From Octopus vulgaris (taxonomy: Eukaryota), in contig OX597828.1 in NCBI GenBank assembly GCA_951406725.2, forward strand, positions 37,448,001 through 37,512,000: 64,000 nucleotides of DNA, given 5' to 3'. Positions 57,251-64,000 of this stretch are shown one piece after another. Every line of letters begins with the position of its first letter. Within the stretch, counting starts at the first letter, position 1. Position numbers and translations under genes: made by a program. The notes under the pieces are model-generated. The model ran no database searches and had not been told where the DNA came from. It was given only the letters and a program-made list of their open reading frames with translations.

Positions 57251-58240
57251 TTTATCGTCCCTGAGTCGACGTTGACTTATTTGCTATCAGACTTCTTAAT
57301 GCTACTCACGTTTTAATGTTTCCCTCCTTCTTCACCAAGTCTCACTGTCTACCTATCTGCCTGAACTTCGTCTGCCTCTCTCTTTCTTTCCTTTTCTATA
57401 AACGTGCACGTGAGCATAGTTCTCTTTTTGAGTATGGCGAGAGGGAATGTGCCTATGTCAATAGTTTTCAATTAATAAATTTTAATATATCTTTCTCTCT
57501 CTCTCACTCTATTTGTATGGATAGATGATTCATGCGAGCGCACGCGTCGTGAGTGTTTCTTTCCCTGCCAAAATTGTTGTCTCCAAAGTAGGTAAAATAT
57601 ACAGTCACCTGTGCCAATCGCCAACAACTGAACAACTGCACCCAACCGCCTCAACCCGTGACAATTACATTTATCTAAAGGAACTCAATAACCAAACAGC
57701 AGTGTTAAACTGAGTTGTAGATTAAGTTTACCCGACATAAAGGATTCGGTGTTATTTGAAAACAGATCGTAAATATACAAAATAAGCATATCAAGGCATC
57801 CAGTCTAACGCGCTAAAACCCTTTAATCCACTGGGTTACACAGTCATTTTCTTTATCGAACCCAGGAAGATAAAGGATAATGTCGGCAGTATCGAGATTT
57901 GAACTCAGAAACTAAAAAGAGAGAAAAAATGACGCAACAGATTTCGTCCGACCCTATATGGAGCCTGTTATTTTGCAGTTTAAACATGCGTTACATTGGC
58001 GGTAGAAATACACACATACACACATATTACAATTACACTAATACAAACACACATGCACGCACACACACACACACACACACATACACACACACAAATACTC
58101 ACACACACTCACACACACGCATATGAGCAGCAAACTGAAACTTCGGAGTTACTGTAAGAATTCGATAAACATGTACACTCTTATAAGTATTGAGTTATGT
58201 TTAATATCTAAAATGTTTTTCTATATGACTTGACATAAAA

Positions 58241-58279
<39 letters not shown>

Positions 58280-58678
58280 ATATATGTATATATATATATA
58301 TATATACATACACACAGTCACGTACAAACTTGATTTATATCTGTATATTTATAGAAGTTGTAAAACATTCAAGATCAGATGTTAAAATTTCAGACAAACT
58401 CCATTTATTGTCATGGCTGATAGCTACATGATGTCTCTATATACATTAACTTCACAAAAGAGCAAACATCGCTACGAGACTTAACGACTTGCGATATACC
58501 ATTGCAACACACATGAAACTACATACGCGTTCGCATATACTCATTACAAACGCACAAACATACGCCCGCACAGATATAAACTTACAAATATAAACATATG
58601 TATAAGTGTGGTGGGGAAGGATTGAAGCAGTTTCTGTGCGCCATTGTGTATGTGCACGCACACGTTTGTACATACACC

Positions 58679-58710
<32 letters not shown>

Positions 58711-58821
58711 TGTATTTATGTAGCTATCTATCTATTTATCTATCTATCTATCTTTCTAGCTATGTGTCTGTCTGTCTGCTTGCCTGCATACCTGTCTTTC
58801 TGCCTGCCAGCCTGTCTGCCT

Positions 58822-58856
<35 letters not shown>

Positions 58857-58921
58857 ATATATATATGTGTGAGTGTGTGTGTGTGTATGTGTGTGTGTGT
58901 GTGTGTGCATATAAGTGTAGA

Positions 58922-59163
58922 GGCGCGTGGCTTAGTGGTTATGGTGTCAGCATCATGATCGTAAGATTGTGGTTTCGATTCCTGGACCGGGCGACGCGTT
59001 GTGTTCTTGAGCAAAACACTTCATTTCACGTTGCTCCAGTCCACTCAGCTGTCAAAAATGAGTAACACTGCATTGGACTGACGTCCCGTCCAGCTGGGGA
59101 ACACATACGCCATAGAAACCGGGAAACCGGGCCCATGAGCCTGGCTAGGCTTTAAAAGGCCAC
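58922..59163 (+). mobile_element. tRNA-derived SINE, head C + tail type 3
   Basis: Head as at 17607. After AAAAATGAGTA the tail differs (GACGTCCCGTCCAGCTGGGG...GGGCCCATGAGCC). Confidence 0.8.
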
Positions 59164-59283
59164 ATTTATTTTTCATTTTTATGCATATATATATATATAA
59201 TTATTAAAGTAGATAAGTTATCAAAAAAGCTTTCTCTATTCATAATTTTCAAATCCATATCTATCTATCTATCTATACATACA

Positions 59284-59332
<49 letters not shown>

Positions 59333-59333
<1 letters not shown>

Positions 59334-59648
59334 GGAGCACACCGTCGGTTACAACGACGAAGGTCCCAGCTGATACGATCAACGGAACAGCTTGATCGTG
59401 AAATTAACGTGCAAGTGGCTGAGCAATCAACAGACACGTGTACCCTTAACGCAGTTCGCGAGGAGATTCAGCTTGACACAAAATGTGACAAGGCTGGCCC
59501 TTTGAAACACAGGTACTACTCATTTTTGCCAGCTGAGTGGAATGGAACAACGTGAAATTAAGTGTCTTGCTCAAGGACACAACTTATCGCCGGTAATTGA
59601 ACTCACATCTTTACGATCGTGAGCCGAATACTCTAACCACTAAGCCAC
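59333..59648 (-). mobile_element. tRNA-derived SINE, head C + tail type 1
   Basis: Reverse complement of 21032-21355. Confidence 0.85.
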
Positions 59649-59774
59649 TGAGTGTTATTATTTGGTTGATAACTGGTGAAGAATTAGGGAGCTTCTGTTT
59701 CTGTCTCCCGTCCGGTTGTACTCTTAGTATTCGTTGAATATATTTTACCCTGTCGTTGTTCATTTACAATTCAT

Positions 59775-59836
<62 letters not shown>

Positions 59837-59837
<1 letters not shown>

Positions 59838-60123
59838 GAGGCGCAATGGCCCAGTGGTTAGGTCAGCGGACTCGCAGTTTCGATTCCCAGACCGGGCGTT
59901 GTGAGTGTTTATTGAGCGAAATCACCAAAAGCTCCACAGGGTCCGGTATGGGGTGGTAGCGAACCCTGCTGTACTCTTTCGCCACAACTTTCTCTCAATC
60001 TTTCTTCTGTCGGCCTGCTCGGTTAGCCAGTGGGGTGGCGTCATTTGAAGGCTAAAACAATGCGAAGCGCACTGTGACCAGCGATGTGTAGCAACATCCG
60101 ATAACCTAGTCGGTCACGGTGAT
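59837..60123 (+). mobile_element. tRNA-derived SINE, head D + tail type 4
   Basis: A-box TGGCCCAGTGG, B-box TTCGATTCCC. Head shared with 31085; tail shared with 37868-37984. Confidence 0.8.
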
Positions 60124-61183
60124 AGATATATTTATATGTGTGTATATGTATATATATATATAGAGAGAGAGGGGGGATGAGAAAGAGAGAAAGAGAGCGA
60201 GCGAAAGAATGAAAGAGAGAGAGAAGGATGGATTGATCGATAGATAGGTAGATAGTTAAATACATGAATAGATTTATACATAAATTCTTATTGAAGAAAA
60301 AGCTGCATGGGTATCACGTGACTACATTTACATGCTAATGCAATGATCACTCCATACACAAGACATGCGCTCATTTCAGTGTAAATAAATAAAAATAATC
60401 TATATCCTTTAGAATAAAATATACAATAAGATATTATAATAATATATTAATATATTATGATATATTAAATACATTATAATATAATCGATTATAGGAATTT
60501 GAACTAAAATGGCAAAATTCAAAAGTAGAATGTATATTGAGCAGTCTTTTCCCATTAATAACGCGTTTTGTGTGTGTGTGTGTGTGTGATGCTTGTTTCA
60601 GTAATGGGGCTGCAGGTATGCTGCCCCACTGCTGAAAGCTGTTAGGCGATGGTTCAACCACGGTACTTCATATATATATATTTTTTACTTGACGCTTAAT
60701 TCAACTGTTTTTTTTGCTGAACTCCTAGGTGATAGGAGAGGGGGGGAGAGAAAGAGGGAAAGATAGCGCGAGAATGAAAGAAAGATTGATCGATTGATGG
60801 ATCGATCGATAGATAGGTAGATAGCTAAATACATAGATAGATTTACATATAAATTCTTATTGAAACAAACCTTAATGTAAACAAACCAACATCGATTGTT
60901 GAGTATTACTAGGAGACAAACATAAACACAAAGACACACATACACGCACACGCACACACACACACACACACACAAAAACGCACGCAAAAAGGCCTCTTTC
61001 ATTCCCGCCTACTAAAATCACTCACAAGGCTCTGGTAGTCACGGGCTATAATAGAAGTGATCTGCCCAAGCTACCATCTAGTGGGACTGAACCCGAAACC
61101 ATGTGGTTGAGAAGGAGGCTCCAAATCATACATCCACACTTTTATTAATTTATTAGATAACGCACTTCCTTTTACTACACATA

Positions 61184-61230
<47 letters not shown>

Positions 61231-61504
61231 AACTAAGGTTATAGAACAAACAAATGCAAGGTCATCCACATAACATTTCATAACTCGAACATTTAATCAT
61301 AGAATATACATTTAAACATCACGGAAGATGGAATATAATTCATCTGTACAAGCATATGAGAAAGTGCGAGAAAAAATGTGTGAATTAAAAGTTAATACTT
61401 TAGCGATTAAGAAAAATAAAAAAAAAACAAAAAACATTACAACACCTAGAAGGTAAATACGTAAAAATATGGTATAAAGTAATATTTAAATATATAGGTA
61501 TATG

Positions 61505-61536
<32 letters not shown>

Positions 61537-61891
61537 CATATAAAAATATATAATATATAATGTAGAATAAAATAAAATAAAAGTTCATCGTTTAGAAAAT
61601 CTTCTAAAATTACTTTTTAAATAAGAGAGGCCTTATAGTTAAAAAAGAAAACCATATTTACCAAATTCCCTATGGCCATTTCAGGGGTATATTATTGTGT
61701 TTAAAGCACTAGGGTGCATCACGATAATAACTCTGCGAGAAAAAATGTGTGAATACCGTTCATCACGGTTAAAAGTTAATACTTTAGCGATTAAGAAAAA
61801 AATATATATTTTTTTTAAACCATTACAACACCTAGAAGGTAAATACGTAAAAGTATAGTATAAAGTAATATATAAATATATAGGTATATAA

Positions 61892-61950
<59 letters not shown>

Positions 61951-62080
61951 CATATAAAAAATATATAATATATAATGTAGAATAAAATAAAATAAAAGTT
62001 CATCGTTTAGAAAATCTTCTAAAATTACTTTTTAAATAAGAGAGGCCTTATAGTTAAAAAAGAAAACCATATTTACTAAA

Positions 62081-62162
62081 TTCCCTATGGCCATTTCAGG
62101 GGTATATTATTGTGTTTAAAGCACTAGGGTGCATCACGATAATAACTCCTTCGTCAAGGGAA
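62081..62162 (-). ncRNA. Type I hammerhead ribozyme motif (C3U variant) in the PLE 3' region
   Basis: Minus (sense) strand: uuccc UUGACGA agg...ccu GAAA UGGCCA UA gggaa. Stem I is 5 bp, stem III is the palindrome AUGGCCAU, and the cleavage site is AUA. Confidence 0.78.
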
Positions 62163-62403
62163 GAATAGAGAGACAGACATCTTCGCGTACTAGGCTTAAC
62201 ACAATATTAATATTATATTGTGTGCTTTCTTATTGAAGCAGTCATGCTCAGACGAGCCCAAAAGAAAGAATTAAAGCAGTAAAAAAATTTTTTTGTAAAG
62301 CAGTAGAGAAAAAAAAACAAAAAGAAACATGGGTGTATTAAATTAAATTAAATTAAATCAAATTGAACTTCCGTGGTTTCAAACGCTGCAAGAGCTAAAT
62401 TAT

Positions 62404-63239
62404 TTATTTTCTACGACTTATTTTATTTCTATACACTTTTAAGAATGTAGAAGAAAATTTATGGATACAAAAGGGAATCACGTCAGTAAATTTATTCAAA
62501 ATGTGCGGTCCATAACACCTAACGATGGTAAGGGATTCCCTTATGCACAGCTTACACTTGTTAATATTTCCCTTGAAATTTGGAGTTTTAGAGATAATGG
62601 ACCATTCTAGATAATAATTCTTATTATTTTTCTTCAAGTTGTGTATATGGGATGCAAGTGTTGTTGAATTATAATATTTATCGTTAGAAAATGAGCTCAT
62701 ATGTGATCTATATCTAGCCTTAAAATCTACTGTGCTACCTATATAAAATTTATTTAACTTATCCTCGTCCTTGACTACACATTTATATATAACGTTAGTA
62801 ACTAGACAGGAACCATCTAAAGGACATAATTCGGGGTTTCTACAATTACATTTCTTTCCGGGGCCTTTCCTAGTTTTATTTCTATTGTTACCTTTACATT
62901 TTGTGTCTCCAGTTCTCGACAAGTTTCCCTCTTTCATTCCATCAAATCTTCCCTTATTACATGGGTTCGATAGATCCGGTAAAGGCAGACTGTTTGTACC
63001 ATTGGCATTAGGCGTTACAAAATTATTATACGCAGTTCCTTGGTCATCCTCAAAAGAACTTTTCCAGCTGTTCCGCCCAGCAAGCTTGCTTCTATTGATT
63101 GATGCAATACTCGAAGCAAAGTTAGGCATTACAGAGTAAGAGAACTTGATCGTTGACTTGTTGCAAATGCTATAGTATTTATGATTCTTTGGGAAGTTCT
63201 CCTTCAGAATTCTAAAAAACATTTTTGGTAAGTTCCTTA

Positions 63240-63240
<1 letters not shown>
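62404..63240 (-). pseudogene. PLE linker + GIY-YIG endonuclease (open frame, 5' part lost)
   Basis: FPKNH....NKSTIKFSYSVMPN, CNCRNPELCPLDGSC..NVIYKC...FYIGSTVDFKARYRSH...STTLASHI...CKLCIRE...LNK...C.HK. The N-terminal ~48 aa of the listed ORF are microsatellite read-through. Confidence 0.87.
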
Positions 63241-63304
<64 letters not shown>

Positions 63305-63619
63305 TTAGTGTAAGTAATTATCTGTATACGCGGATGATTCTTTGAAATGGTGTTTCTATATACGAATGATATCGTTTTATACATCAGCGTAAGAATTTTT
63401 ATGAAAAGCGTATTAAAAATACTGAAGCTTTAGAAATTGAAATATAAATTCTGGTTCTTCTTTTAAGAAAGATTATTATTTTTCTCACGCAGGTGGTGGA
63501 CGTAGATCTATATGGGAAAATTTTATCGCTCTTTCTCTTTTTTTTCTCTATCTCATTACAGTTTTTGTGTATGTGCGTGTGTCTTTGTATGTGTGTGCAT
63601 GTATGTATATGTATATGTC

Positions 63620-63808
63620 CGGCCTTCGCTATGATAGATGGCTAGGCACTATACATTCTTTATTTTCTCTCCTTGTTTCTTTCTGTGGAAGAGCGTAGGT
63701 TCGAAACGTTAAAGACTTTTTCACTTCCCGGGCGTTATACTAATACATCTGTTTGTTTTGTACACCAGCTGTCTTTATCTTTTGTTTTTTTCTTTTTTTA
63801 ATTCACCC
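63620..63808 (+). mobile_element. (TA)n-associated element with a minimal hammerhead-like motif (63678-63715)
   Basis: ucuuu CUGUGGA A GAGC-GUAG-GUUC GAAA CG UU aaaga. A G-U pair keeps stem II, and the site is GUU. Confidence 0.75.
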
Positions 63809-63848
<40 letters not shown>

Positions 63849-64000
63849 ATATACACACACACACATATATATATATAAATAATAAAATAACAAAGAAAAG
63901 AGCACAAGAAAAAACAACAACGTGAGGACGTGGTACATGCAAAGTATTAAAAGACGCTCAGGGAAGGAAGGAAAGGGTGTTTTACGTTTCAAGCAAAGCT

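Larger units (their letters stand above)
61229..63240 (-). mobile_element. 5'-truncated Penelope-like element (second clade, tentatively Nematis-like) with tandem 3' repeat
   Basis: GIY-YIG ORF, 3' region with a hammerhead, and tandem units 61365-61733 and 61734-62148. Flanked by (TA)n and (TC)n(TA)n. Confidence 0.85.

Noticed and set aside
60165-60865. ~130-bp local duplication (60165-60295 and 60737-60865)
   Set aside because: Mostly low-complexity GA/GATA sequence; a real but unremarkable old duplication.

Overview
AT-rich, microsatellite-saturated eukaryotic non-coding DNA. The SINE families and the (TA)n/(TATG)n/(TAGA)n load suggest an Octopus-type cephalopod intron or intergenic region; this is inference. 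I can support no host protein-coding exon, and most ORFs in the track are microsatellite read-throughs (YI/CV/HT repeats). The real coding content is all transposon-derived. (1) A ~5 kb head-to-head Penelope-like element (PLE: RT + C-terminal GIY-YIG, probably Naiad-type) at 25364-30373, with ~2.09 kb inverted arms, a flipped 63-bp RT segment and a stuttered junction. (2) A second, 5'-truncated PLE with a tandem 3' repeat (61229-63240). (3) Four R4/Dong-type RLE retrotransposon fragments, all in or beside (TAA)n. (4) A decayed hAT transposon, a CR1 3' fragment, and mariner/pogo/Helentron-like relics. (5) Many tRNA-derived SINEs with swapped head/tail modules. The most notable hidden layer is a set of type-I hammerhead ribozyme motifs in short elements inserted into (TA)n tracts. 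Three are canonical or near-canonical folds (15264-15312, 24941-25022, 62081-62162). One variant sits in both PLE arms. A four-copy ~200-bp family carries an atypical CUGUNGA core in which position 7 takes all four bases.
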